A stretch of DNA of 64,000 bases from NCBI GenBank assembly GCA_043228905.1, contig JBHGNT010000015.1:9176001-9240000 (forward strand), given 5' to 3'. Shown here one piece after another: positions 1 to 12,297 of this stretch. How positions within the stretch are numbered: position 1 is the stretch's first letter; the number at the start of each line of letters is the position of its first letter. The notes under the pieces are model-generated. The model did no database searches, had not been told where the DNA came from, and saw only the letters and a list, made by a program, of their open reading frames with translations. A program made the translations under genes and the position numbers. This DNA comes from Azolla caroliniana (taxonomy: Eukaryota; Plantae; Polypodiophyta).

Positions 1-826
1 GCTAGCCAAGAATGTTGCATACCACTCCCGGACCAAGCATATACATAGAAGGTATCACTAGTTGTGAGAGAAAGTCAAAGAAGGAGAGTTTACTCTGGTG
101 AAGATCCATACTGACGATAATGGATCCGACATGCTGACGAAGAACCTACCTATGGACAGACTTAGAGTCTATCAACAAAAGACAAGACTAACTGACTAAT
201 TGACTCCCTCCCACAACAGTGAAGGGGGATTTTGTTGGGGAATATGTCCCTCCCATGGGAGGAGCCGATTTTCTGGAAGTAGCCGACAATCGAAGACAAG
301 GAATAGCCGAATGTTCGGGCCGAGGAGAGCCGACAGTCAAAGAGTTAACAAATAGGGAGTCAACTGATTAACTGTTGACTATTATTATTATAGTTATAAT
401 AATAGTAGCGATGTGTAGTAGGGGTTACACTTGTAAATAGCCCATATGATGTATTAGTATAAATATGCCTAGGGCAAATGTATAGGTGTGTTGTTGTAGA
501 GAGTGTGTGTAGGGTGTAGGTTGGAGTTAATCATGTGAGTAGGAGAAGAGCAAAGTGAAGAGAGAGAGTGTGTCATGCCATAGTTGTGTGTGTAACAGAG
601 AGAATGTGGTTTATACACTCAATAGGAGAGTGTTGTAATCTTCAGCATTGTATATCCACTATATAGTGAAGTTCTGTTCTCTTGTGGTTTTTGCCCGTTA
701 TAGGGTTTCCACGTTAAATCTGCGTGCACTATTATCTTGTGTATCTGTGTTGTGTATTTCAGCATTTTCGTTCTTGTGAATTAATGATCCGATTCTCTTC
801 AAGAATCGAGCTACCTAACCTCAACA
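1..826 (+). mobile_element. 3' end of a Ty1/copia element (RNase H tail, PPT, 3' LTR); 5' part lies outside the window
   Basis: 1-200 reads LAKNVAYHSRTKHIHRRYH*..KIHTDDNGSDMLTKNL (copia RNase H C-terminus with stops). PPT GAAGGGGGA at 221-229. LTR 233-826 has TGTTG...CAACA ends. Confidence 0.85.
233..826 (+). repeat. 3' LTR of the copia element (594 bp)
   Basis: Starts TGTTGGGG just after the PPT and ends CCTCAACA. TATAAAT near 458. Confidence 0.8.
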
Positions 827-828
827 CA

Positions 829-1950
829 ACCCTCATCGAAGTTTACAGCGAATTGGACAAGATGACCCGAGTAGCTCAACATATGGCGGGCAGTAGCAAA
901 CATGCGCACAAACAAACCAAGACGGCTACAGAACTATGGCAGGCTTCGGATAGTCGAAGAACCAAGCTTGAGCAACGGTTCAAAGAAAATTGACAAGCAA
1001 ACACTCTCGCCCTTCCACCCCCTGTTTCCAACCAAGTGAAAATGTCCACACAAACCGAGGATGCAACTGACTCAGTGCCAGCCACCGAAATGACCAACGT
1101 TCCTCCACCCAACTTCGAAGAGGAGCTCACAGCGCAATCGATGATTGCTGAGAAAGCAAAAGAGCGTGATGAAGCAGCTAAAGCAGAAGCCAACCAACTC
1201 CGAGTGCAGGCAGCAAAACACGAAGTAGAACTCCAACAACTGCTCGGTGCACTGACAACTCAACTTCAAGAGACTAAAAGGAATGCCACTGCGTCTCTCA
1301 AGGCCCCTCACGACCTCGCGCCATCAAAATTAGCCAAAGTTGAGGAAGGGAATCAACAAGCATACAGCCGAACAATCCGAAGAACTCCTAACTCTGCAAA
1401 ACAAACTCTCAGAACTCCATATCTGCTCCCGTCAAAACCTTCAAATGTTAGACAAAGCCAGTAAGAGAAATATACATTGTCAAAGTCCCTCCACCGATTG
1501 CAAATCTGCATGACACTAGAACTCAAACAGCAGTGTGACCGATATCTACATGAGTTAGCCGATAATTGGGATCGACTCCTACAACGATACGACCTACATA
1601 CGAAGGAAATTGAGAAAAAACTTGCCGGATTTACTGTATCTTGCGAGATCCTCAAAGCGAAGCTCGAACGGGACGCCGCAGCGGCTAAAGAAGAACTGGA
1701 CATCCTCCGTGCCAAATATGAAATGGGCGAAACCCAAGTGAAGGCACTAGTGGCAAAGCACCGCCTAAAGCTGAATCAAAAAGTCCAAGAAGCACTCGCT
1801 CGCGGATGGAATGAACGGTTGACTCAAGCAGTGGAGTTACAGGTCTTCCGAGTAGATGCTGAAAACTGAAGAAAAGAAGGCCACGGATTTTACAAAATGG
1901 ATGAAAACAACATTCAGATCCTCCGCGAAGACCTCGCCGAGGAATTCTAA
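829..1950 (+). pseudogene. Degenerate coiled-coil accessory ORF of element 0 (>370 codons, 3 internal stops)
   Basis: ORF-track pieces 724-993, 1036-1464 and 1477-1869 share one frame and are separated only by single TGA/TAA codons. Composition is E/K/A/Q/L-rich and helical. Ends TAA at 1948-1950. Confidence 0.7.
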
Positions 1951-2334
1951 GCCTTGCCCCGAACACACACCACGGCCATCGGAAACCTCCTCGAGTAATT
2001 TAACGAGGATTAGCTATTGCTCATGATTGAAACAGAAGGGTATGAATGCGCATGCCTCCAAGCCAAAAAGGACGCAGAAGCCACGGCACAGGCCTCCAGA
2101 GGCAGGACGACCGAGGAAGCAGCTCAGGAGCCAAAAGAGGAAGCAGCCCAGGAGCCAAAAGAAGAAACAACCTAGGAGGAAAAACAAGAGGAGGCGACCC
2201 CAAAGCCGACAAAACAAACTGAAGCCTAGGAGAATACAAAGCAAAAGGCCAATTTAATAGCCAGTCTGAATCCAAGGGAGATAGAGCAACTAGAAGGACG
2301 GATTTTGATTTTTTGAGTGCTTTTTGGGTTCTAT

Positions 2335-2363
2335 GTGCAAGGCACTATCCCATGGCCGTGCCA
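2335..2363 (+). other. tRNA-Arg 3'-end-like motif at the PPT position of element 0
   Basis: GTGCAAGGCACTATCCCATGGCCGTGCCA ends 2 nt before the LTR start. No purine tract is adjacent. Confidence 0.7.
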
Positions 2364-2365
2364 GG

Positions 2366-2875
2366 TGTTATCCGTGGGACAAAGGGCATGAGGTGTGAAA
2401 TGAAGCAAAAAAGACAAGTAGGTCAAGTAGGTAAAAAGGGAATCAGCCAATCACTCATAGCTGAGGAAGAAGAACGAAATACATGTAGCCGAGAATAAAG
2501 GCCATTAATATAGGAGGAAGTAGCTGGAGCACAAAGGCTATATAAATCATGGAACAACAAAAGGAAAAGGGGGGAATATATGCATATGCTATGTTATAGG
2601 AGGGAGAGTGACTAATATAATCAGCCTATGTGCCTTGTAATGTATTTTTATCTAGTAATCAATACATACTTTTTGGGTCATTTTTGTGTCTGTTTCCCTA
2701 ATCCGTACTTTCAATTATAATATTCATAAGTCGTAAGTGAAACACCCGTTGTGGCCGGTTATCGGATAAATGATCGGCCTTCTCGGCCCTATTGTACTCT
2801 TCTACATACCCACGATTCCTTGACCCGGTTACTTAGGGAGTAATCGAGAGGTGTTTTTCCAAGAAGGAGATAACA
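2366..2875 (+). repeat. 3' LTR of element 0 (510 bp)
   Basis: TGTTATC...GATAACA termini and an internal TATA box. Confidence 0.75.
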
Positions 2876-3026
2876 ATCAACATCGGTATATCCTTTGAGT
2901 AGAATCGAATTTACCGATTTGTAAAGAATATCGAAATCCATCGTCCCACTCACATAGCGTAATACTCGCTTAGCGCAGTCCAGGTGAATGTTTCATGATG
3001 TCTACATGAATTGGCTAAGGAGACCA

Positions 3027-3408
3027 TGTAGAAAGTAGCGTGCGGAAGCAAGTATGAAGACAGAACAGAAGGAAGAACACTCAGGTTTAATGGAGAGCTT
3101 GAGCTTACACGGTATACGCGGGAGAGACAGAGAGAGTGAGAGAGAAGATACAAAAAACTATATTCAACAAATAATACTCAGTCTATACATAAGACGTGCT
3201 CAGTGAACACTTTTATACAAGTCCTAGAAGGACTGACCGAAGTACTGACAGTACTTCAATGCTCATCAAGAGCTCCTACACTAACTCCCAAATATATTCC
3301 TCACGGAATATCTTTCCTAACGACCTCCCGGTTTATGCACTCGGCCTAACCGATCCGGTCCTCGGCTTCTTCAGCCGATCCGGCCGATGTTGAGCTTGTC
3401 TCTTAACA
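3027..3408 (-). repeat. 3' LTR of element A
   Basis: Direct repeat of 8020-8401, next to the PPT. Confidence 0.95.
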
Positions 3409-6400
3409 CTCCCCCTCAAGCTCAACTTGAGGCTCTTCGGGATCCTCGGGCTCACAGCTCCGGTTCCTCCTGGCTTCATGCCTCGCTCGCGCTCCTCGAC
3501 CTGTTCGACTCTGTGCGCTTCGACCCTTCCGGCTTGTCTGCTCATGCGGCCCTTATCAGCTCTTCCGCTGTTGCGGTGTCGACACTTCTTCTGCTGCCTT
3601 TTCTTCCGCTTGGGCCTCGGTTGATTCAGCGTATCTAAATCAAACATACGAACCGACTCGGCTTCCTCCGATCGGTTTTCGCTCTCGTCCGAGTTGGTTG
3701 TCTCCAACTCGTCTTCGGTCTTCTCGCCCTCGATGGCGTCATCTCCCCCATGCGTGGTTGGCTTCGGCTCTCTCCTTCGGTTACTCCCCCCCTTCTGTCC
3801 TCTTCCGAACTTTTCCGCGGGTTCGCCCTCGGCTTCTTCAGCCGATCCGAAGTCGAACTCGACAATCGAGTCAACACCCGAGTCAACCGACTCGGTGTCG
3901 CGGTTTCCGCTCCTTTCCTGCTGCCTTGCTTGGACTGTTCTCCCCCTCAAGTTTGGCACGTCAAGGTGACGCAATCCGAGCGCACCTGAGAATTGCTGCA
4001 ACTTGTCCAGACCAAGAGGCTTAGTGAAGATGTCGGCAGCCTACCGATTCGTCGGCACGTACTAAAGTTCGACTTCACCAGAAAGGACACGCTCACGGAC
4101 GAAATGGTAGTGCACCTCAATGTGCTTGGTCCTTGCGTGGAAAATGGGGTTTTTCGCGAGCTGGATGCTGCTGAGGTTGTCGTAGTAGATCGTCTTCGGA
4201 TCGGACAACTCCACCTGCAGATCCTTAAGTAGCCGCTTCAACGATATGGCTTCGCATGTCGCGACAGCCGCTCCTCGGTACTCAGCTTCGGTGCTCGACA
4301 GTGCAACTGTCGGCTGCTTCTTACTGCTCCACGCGATCACGGCCCTCCCGAGGGAGAACGGGTATCCGGACGTGGATCGGAGATCGGCGGCGTTGCCAGC
4401 CCAATCAGCATCGGTGTAGTCAACTAACTGCGCGGCTGCACCGGTCCGATATAGCAGTCCTCGGTCCTTAGTGCCACTTACGTACCGCAGTACGCGTTGC
4501 GCACATTGAAGGTGCTCCTCGGTAGGTTGCGCCATGAACTGACTGATCACCCCGACCGGATAACTAAGCTTGATGGTTCTGTCTAGAGGAGTCGAGACGG
4601 ACTTACAGTCGGCCATCCCGAGTTGGAAGAGCATACCCAGCACGTAATGACGTTGGCTGATCAATATGCCTTCGGGGGTATGGATCACTTCGATCCTGAG
4701 GAAGTAATGAAGGTCCCCCAGATCCTTCATGTCGAATGATGCCGCAAGCTGGAGCTTCACGCGGTCGATTTCACCTAGGTCGGCGCCGGTGATGACCAAG
4801 TCATCGACATATAGTAGAATACTAACCGGTCCGAGTCGACCTTTCCGGATGAACAGGGAAGAGTCCGATTTTGACGTGACGAAGCCCATCCGAGGCTTGC
4901 TTCAGTCCGTAAAGGGACTTCTTCAGTCGGTAGACTGCCGAGGAGTTCGTTCCGGAGTGAAATCCGGGGGGTTGTACCATGTACACCTGTTCCTCAAGGT
5001 CACCTTGCAGGAACGCATTCTTTACATCCATCTGATGTAAGTGCCCATCTACACCCGATCGGCTTCACACCCTTCGGTGCGTCAACCAGGTCCCAGGTCT
5101 CGTTCTCCGCCAATGCGCGCATCTCTTCCTCCATCGCGGCACGCCAATTCGCATTTTTAGCCGCTTCTGTGTAGCTCTCCGGCTCACGCACTTCCGCTAC
5201 ACTGGTCATGTACGCATAAAGATGCGCCATGTGCTCGTTGTATCCGAACCGCAAAACAGGGTTCTTCTGGCGGGTAGATCGGCGTAATCTCACATTAGCC
5301 AATGTCGAGGTCTTCTCGGTCGACGCGGTCTTCACCTTTAAAGACCCGTCACCGGTTCCCTTGGAGTCGAACTCGCGTCGGTCTGACTCGTTCCTATCCG
5401 TGCCAGAATCCGACACCTTCTTCTTCCCTTTCTCTTTGCGCGTAAGCCGTCTCCTCGGCTTCCTGCGCGGGGAATGCACGGCCGAGTCTCCACTACTCGC
5501 TGGCTCTTCATCGGACTGGTCGTACCGACTCAGCCGTCCAATCGTTCCACTTAACCGAAGTGAAATCGGACTCTCTTTGTGGGTCTCGATTTCGGGTTCA
5601 TCCGGAGGCATCTCGGCCTCGGTGACCTCATCGTCAGAACACGGATTGGACTTGGGGTTCGGAGTCGGGGGCTAGTACCAGGACGCGGACTCGTCAACCA
5701 CAACGTTGTGACTGACACACGCTTGTTTGGTGCGAGGGTTATAGCACTTATAACCCTTCTGCTCGTCCGAGTAACCGAACAAGATGCATTTCTCGGCCTT
5801 TGCGTCCAGCTTCCTCCTTTTCTCTTTCGGTATATGCACATACGCAATGCTACCGAACACCCTCAAGTGTTGCAAGTTCGGCTTCGTTCTGAAATATAGC
5901 TCGTGCGCCGACACTTTGTCTCCAATCCGGTTCTGGATATATACCGCGGTCCTTACCGCCTTGGCCCAATAGAACTTGGGCAAGCTCTTCTCCTCCAACA
6001 TTGCCCGTGCCGCTTCCACAACTGACCGATTCTTTCTCTCGGCCACGCCGTTCTGCTCCGGCGTGTATCTGCAACTGAATTCACGCCGAATTCCCATTTG
6101 TTGTAGATAACCGTTGAATTGACCGGAAAAGTACTCTTTCCCGCCATTCGACCGCAGGCACTTGATCTTCCATCCCGTTTCCGTTTCCACGAACCCCTTG
6201 AGGTCCCGGAAACAGTCGAAGACTTCGCTCTTCCTCTCAATGAGGTAGATCCACGTGTGCCGCGGGTGGTCGTCGATGAAGGAAACGAAATATCGGCTCC
6301 CGCCAACACTAACGTTTTGTGCCGACCCCCATACATCGGAGTGTATAAGGTCGAGCTTGTTCCGGCTCCGATTTTGCTCGTTGGGGAAAAGAAGTCGATG

Positions 6401-7947
6401 TTGCTTCCTGAGCTGGCAGGCTTCACAAATTTGTGCCTTTCGGCCACTAAATTTGCAATGGGCAATCCGAACACTACCTGTTTGAATTGCAGATCTTGAA
6501 GCCGCTGGTAGTTGACGTGGCCTATCCGCTTGTGCCACAAGTCGATGTCCGACTCGGTTTTTTGTCCATTCGTGAACATGGCGGTGCCACCGTCAGTGGA
6601 ATCGAGGATGAACATCCTCCCGTCTCTGCGCCCTTGCGCAATCACACGGCCTTCTTCCTCAATGAAGCACCCGAGGTGTGTAAACCGAACCTCCATCCCT
6701 TAGTCGACGATCTGTCCGACCGAGACCAAGTTTTTCGTGATTGTCGGAACGTGCAACACGTTCATGAGTTTCCCTTTCTGCCCGACATGGCTAAGGGGAA
6801 CTTCTCCGACATTCGCAATCGGATGCGGAGTGTCGTCTCCTGTTGCGACTACTCCAGGTTGTATCGGTTTTTCAAGGTACGAGAACCACTCCTTATGGCT
6901 CGTCATGTGGTTTGACGCGCCGGAGTCTACGTAGCACACCTCGTCCGATATCGGGGTGGTCTGTTTCATTGAGTTTGCTTCGTGTCTCGTCACGAAGGGA
7001 GTCCCTTCTCCGGTTCTCCCGGAGTCTTCGGCGTAGTGCGATCGCTGCCGATTTCCCTTGTCGGTATGTCTGGAGCCGTTTCCGGAACCAGTTCTCTCCG
7101 AATCGGCGCGCTTCTTCCAACACTCACTTTCCCTGTGGCCTTTCTTGCCACAGTACCAGCACTCTGCGATGGACTTCCCTTGCCGGTTCTCATCACTTCG
7201 ACTCCCCCTGTTTCCGAAGGGTCCGGAGTTGCTGTCGGCATCAGTTTGGTGCCTTCTTCCTTGATCTCGTCGGCCGCCTCCATTGCGCGCCGACTCGGCT
7301 CATCCTCCACGGCCACGGGGCCTATCTCCCTCCGTGTACAGCATTCTATTGTCGGTGTGCGTGCTTGTAGACGCACCCGCATGGTTCTCCTCTACCAGGA
7401 GCATTGACTGTAAGTCAAAAAAGGATGGCGTATTCTCCCGAGTACACACAGCCGTTCGGAACGCTCCGAACTTCGACGCCAAACCTCCGAGACAGATCTG
7501 GACCATCTCGCTCTCCTCGATGTTCATCTCTATGGAGGCGAGGGAGTCGCAGATATCCTTGATCTTCGAGGTATAGTCCGCCACCGACAAGTCGCGTTGT
7601 CGTAGGTTGCTCAACTCTTGTCGGAGCTGAAGCTTCCTGGCTGTGGTGCTCGCGGCGAAAATCTTCTTCAGATTTTCCCACGCACCCTTCGGCGTCTTTG
7701 CATCCCGAACATAGCTCAATAGTTGTTCGCCCACACACGACGCGAAGTAGTATAATACCCTGCTCGCCGATTGCTCCCACGACGGGAAGTCTCTGTGTGT
7801 CGATTCGAGTGCCGCGTCATTAGCTCCTTCGACATAACTCCAGTAGCCGTGCCCGAGCAGGTACTGGTGCATCTTGTAGGACCAAGACGCGTAGTTGGTC
7901 CTATCGAGCTTCTCTGTTGGAAGCGAGCTTGCCATGCCTCTATCCAT
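3333..7947 (-). pseudogene. Copia gag-pol of A (gag, protease, GAG-pre-integrase, integrase, RT, RNase H, C-terminal tail), disrupted
   Basis: Motifs [75 protein letters not shown]. Contains frameshifts, stops and deletions. Confidence 0.95.
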
Positions 7948-8019
7948 CGTTCTTCTTGTTCTTCTTCGTCAAGTTGTGTCGGCTGCAGAGAGGTTCTTAA
8001 CCCTCGCGCTCTGATACCA

Positions 8020-8401
8020 TGTAGAAAGTAGCGTGCAGAAGCAAGTATGAAGACAGAACAGAAGGAAGAACACTCAGGTTTAATGGAGAGCTTGAGCTTA
8101 CACGGTATACGCGGGAGAGACAGAGAGAGTGAGAGAGAAGATACAAAAAACTATATTCAACAAATAATACTCAGTCTATACATAAGACGTGCTCAGTGAA
8201 CACTTTTATACAAGTCCTAGAAGGACTGACCGAAGTACTGACAGTACTTCAATGCTCATCAAGAGCTCCTACACTAACTCCCAAATATATTCCTCACGGA
8301 ATATCTTTCCTAACGAACTCCCGGTTTACGCACTCGGCCTAACCGATCCGGTCCTCGGCTTCTTCAGCCGATCCGGCCGATGTTGAGCTTGTCTCTCAAC
8401 A
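8020..8401 (-). repeat. 5' LTR of element A
   Basis: Followed on the minus strand by PBS TGGTATCAGAGC. Confidence 0.95.
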
Positions 8402-9445
8402 GACCAACTGAATAACTTAGATCAAGCCATGTGATGGTGAGGTAAATTAAGCTACCGACCAGTTGACAGTACTGGGTCGGCCCGCATCCTGTAGTGCCAA
8501 AGTCGGCATCAATCTTCTAATTATGATCGAGGAATGTTGCTATGGGGTTACACTCTATCATCCCAAACTTGAAGAGAAGATTGAGGATATAGTGTCTTTG
8601 AGAGATCAAGATGTCATCGAGGGTCCGAATTACTTCTATTCCTAGAAAGTAATGGAGATCCTTCATATTGATCATTCTGAATCAGTCAGAAAGTAGGCTT
8701 TTGGTATGTTTGATGTCCCCGAGGTGCTCTCCTCCAATGACCAAGTCGTCTACATAAATTATGATAAATAGCTATCCTCTGGAATCATTCCAGATGAACA
8801 GACAATTATCGGACTTGGACATGTTAAAACCGTTTTGGTGAAGAGATTGGGTTATCTTTGAGTGACATGCTCTCGGTGCTTGATTGATACTATAGAGAGG
8901 CTTTTTGAGTCTGTAGATAGCAGTCAGATGCGTACTCAACTCGAATCAAGGTGGTTGCACCATGTACACCTCCTCTAACTCACCTTGCAGGAAGGCGTTC
9001 TTTACATTCATTTGGGGGAGGTGCCACCCTTTTGTTGTTGCAAGCGCAATCACGTTTCAAATGGTAGTCATCTTTGCCACCGGGGCAAAGGTCTCTTCAT
9101 AATCGACCTCGTGTGTCTGCACATACCCTTTTTCCATAGGCCGAGCCTTATATCGATTGATGGTGCCGTCAGCATTGTGTTTCACCTTAAATATCCACCG
9201 GTAACTAATTGCCTTTTGGTGGGGTGAAGAGGGAACAAGATCCTAGGTCTTGTTTTTGGCAAGCTCTTGCATCTCCACATTCATCGCTTCGACTCATTGG
9301 GGGTACTTGGCGGCTTTGGAAAACATTTTCGGCTCTCAAACTGTCGCCACCTTCATCATAAAGGCATAATGATATACCATGTAGTCATTGTGTACCCGAG
9401 GATAAGGCATACGATCAACAATCCCAATGTATGTTGACACCTAAT

Positions 9446-9903
9446 TGAAAAAAATGGCGTGCGGAAGCAATATAGGGAAAAACCGAACAACTGAAAACGC
9501 ATGTTTAATGGAAAGCTTAGGTTTGCACAGTACACACGGGAGAGACAGAGAGAGAGAGTAAACACAAGAACTTAATTCCAAAAGATAATACTCAATCTGT
9601 ACATAGGATGTGCTCAGTGAGCACTTTTATAAAAGCCCTGACAATCGGGCTGACACACGTACTGACAGTACTTGACTGCTCATAAATGAGCCTCGACTCT
9701 TACTCCCAAAACTATTCCTTACGAGGAATATCTCTCTAACGGCCTTTCAGTTTACGCACCGATACGGCCTTCCTACGCACCGGTTTGCGTACCGTTTTAC
9801 GCATCCGTTTTACACACCGGTCCGGCCTAACCGATCGGTCCCAACCGATCCGGTCCTCAGCTTGCTTAGCCGATCCGGCTGGCGTTGAGCTTGTCTCTCA
9901 ACA
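9446..9903 (-). mobile_element. Solo LTR of the A/B copia group (458 bp)
   Basis: Homologous to the A LTR (..GTTGAGCTTGTCTCTCAACA). TSD CTAAT at 9441-9445 and 9904-9908. Confidence 0.92.
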
Positions 9904-10139
9904 CTAATCAAGTTCAAATCTTCGCAACCTATGTCCTCCAAGACGAGACCCTCCTTGCTGACATCACCACGATCACTACAACCTATCTCTTTGCTTAGGA
10001 AATCAAAGCATGTTTCAAGGACCCAACTCATCAATCATAGGGAGATGACCTTGAGAAATTCTCCTTTCAAGATGGGGTACTCTGAGGAACAATCTGGTCT
10101 GTGTCCCGGAAGGGTCGTGCCGAATTTGCATTCTAACTT

Positions 10140-11337
10140 AATGCCATGATGGTTCGCTTGCGGGCCATTTTGGGTCGTCAAAACTTTAGAGCTGATTTCT
10201 CAGACCTAATGGTGGCCCCAAATGTGGAAGCTAGTGAAAGACTTCATCAAGAATTGTGACATCTGTGCTTGATCTAAAACAATCCATCATCCGTGGTCAT
10301 CCATTTCTATGGACTTCATCACCGACTTGCCACTCTCTGAGGGACATGAGTCCATCTTGGTAGTCATGGACCAATTTACCAAAATGGCACATTTTATACC
10401 ATGTTCCAAAGCCATCTCGGGCTTAGAGACAGTGAATCTAATCTTGGCGAATGTTGTGCACCTCCATGGGTTGCCTGATGACATCGTCTCTGATCATGGT
10501 GCCCCATTTATTTCCCATTTTTGGAAACTTCTCTTCCATATTCTCGACACCACCACCAACTTATCGACGGCATTCCATCCACAAATAGACAGGCAGATGG
10601 AACGCATAAATCAGGTACTAGATCAATATCTTCGATGTGTGGTGAGTTACCAACAAGACGATTGGACTATGTTCCTCCCGTTGGCTGAATTTGCTTATAA
10701 TTACACCCTTCAATCATCCCTCGGCACCTCCCCATTCTTTGCCAACTTTGGTTTTCAACCTCGCTTCAGCACATCCCTTCCCTCCGGTTCGGTGAACCCC
10801 CTCGGCTGAAGAGCGGGGCATGTCATCTAAAAGAAATCCACCAAGATCTAACTCTTGAGCTCATTAATGTGCAAGACCAACAAAAGGCAACGACCAAGCA
10901 TTTACGGGCTCCTGTGCCCAACCTTCAAGTAGGTGACATGGTTTGGCTACTATGGTGCAATATTACGACCACTCATCCATGTGCCAAGCTAGATTACACA
11001 AAATTGGGCCCCTTCCACATCTCCGAGTGTATCAATCTTGTGGCCTATTGGCTCAACCTTCCTCCCCATTATCGCATCCATGAAGTTTTTCATGTGTCTC
11101 TCTTGGGGGTTTACCATCCCTCTGTACTTTCCCAGGCGGCAACCCGCTCGACCACCGCCCATCGAGTTGGAGTCTGACAATGATTATGAAGTTCAAGAAA
11201 TCCTCGACTCCAAGCTTCTACATCGAAAACTCTATATCTGAAGTTATACTTGGGAACCTCACCACCATTTGATGAATGCACTCGAGGCAATTCGTGATTT
11301 CCATCTTCGTTATCCACACAAGCCTACGCCGCCTTGA
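10140..11337 (+). pseudogene. Gypsy integrase plus chromodomain, degenerate
   Basis: ORF pieces 10309-10809, 10869-11177 and 11038-11241 carry integrase core, GPF and chromodomain motifs. Confidence 0.88.
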
Positions 11338-11656
11338 AGTTGGCGCTAAACAAGGGGGATAATGTCACAGACATGAAAACGGTCATGTCAAGATCGAAAC
11401 TCGTGACCTCCTGTGTTATAATCGAGAGTTATGTGTTAACCAACATGTCCAATTTACAATCATATATATAATTGTTCATTGTAGCTATAAGGTAGCATCA
11501 TGAGCATAATTGCTCCATTGTATTATTCACACTTGGCACATGCATGCGTACATACATGCTCTAGTGTATCACATGCACGCAACAGGCATATGTGTCGTGC
11601 CGCTTAGTATAAATATTTGAGTTCACCTTGAATGAATTCAAGGTGACCAACACTAG

Positions 11657-12297
11657 TGAAAAGAGAGAAGATGATAGAAAAGAGAGAGAAGGAAGATATA
11701 GAAATCCAAATCTACAAAGATATATTAATAAGGAGTGATGATCATAGAAACAAGAGAAAGAAGATACATAAACTCAAGCCTACAAGGATCAATTGATCAC
11801 TAGAAAAACGCACTACATGAATAGGCAAGAAAAACACCACAAGAAAAAAAACTCCTCCTCACCACCTCACTCTTCTTGCTTTATATGAAGTTCTCCTCTA
11901 GTAGATAAGTTTCGCTTGCTTTCTTTTCCACGCTTTTTTTAGAGCTTTTCCATCTCCTATTCTTAGCTATGACACAATGATCTTCTAATCGTCATATCTC
12001 CCTCATCCATGCTCCAAATTTAGAGTTTTAAAAAGCTACGGATAGCTCTCGTCATAAGCTTTGTAACCCATATTTACACGTGATATTTGGGTGTCAAACG
12101 AGAGAGTTATGAGCATTTGTTTCTGACTGCGTTTTGGTGGTCTGCTTTTTCTCTTTTTAACTTTTCTCCATCTTTATTGCTTTTATTTGGACTTATCCAC
12201 GAGATGTTAGTTCATGTCCTTGTCCTCCAAATGTGAATCCTCCATACCTTATATTCTTTTAGTGTCCAATGGCTTGAATTCTAAAAACAGTTTCACA
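11657..12297 (-). repeat. 3' LTR of element C
   Basis: Near-identical direct repeat of 17829-18469. Confidence 0.96.

Larger units (their letters stand above)
827..2875 (+). mobile_element. Element 0: 3' part of an LTR element (accessory ORF, purine-rich repeats, tRNA-like motif, 3' LTR)
   Basis: LTR 2366-2875 with 7-bp terminal inverted repeat TGTTATC...GATAACA and TATATAAA near 2539. Its right end abuts the GYTDVD codons of an older copia RT. Confidence 0.75.
3027..8401 (-). mobile_element. Copia element A (full-length termini, internally deleted, defective)
   Basis: 382-bp LTRs at 3027-3408 and 8020-8401 with about 4 mismatches. TSD GACCA at 3022-3026 and 8402-8406. tRNA-iMet PBS at 8008-8019. 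PPT at 3409-3420. Confidence 0.97.
2876..9393 (-). pseudogene. Old degenerate copia RT fragment (2876-3026 + 8402-9393) split by element A
   Basis: Minus strand reads ..QLVGSLIYLTITWLDLSYSVGL|LSQFM*..CAKRVLRYVSGT..GYTDVD continuously across the A insertion. Many stops. Confidence 0.85.

Noticed and set aside
2558-2577. AAAAGGAAAAGGGGGGAA as the PPT of element 0
   Set aside because: It lies downstream of the TATA box inside the LTR defined by the TGTTATC/GATAACA termini and is not followed directly by a matching terminus. It is not fully excluded without the second LTR.
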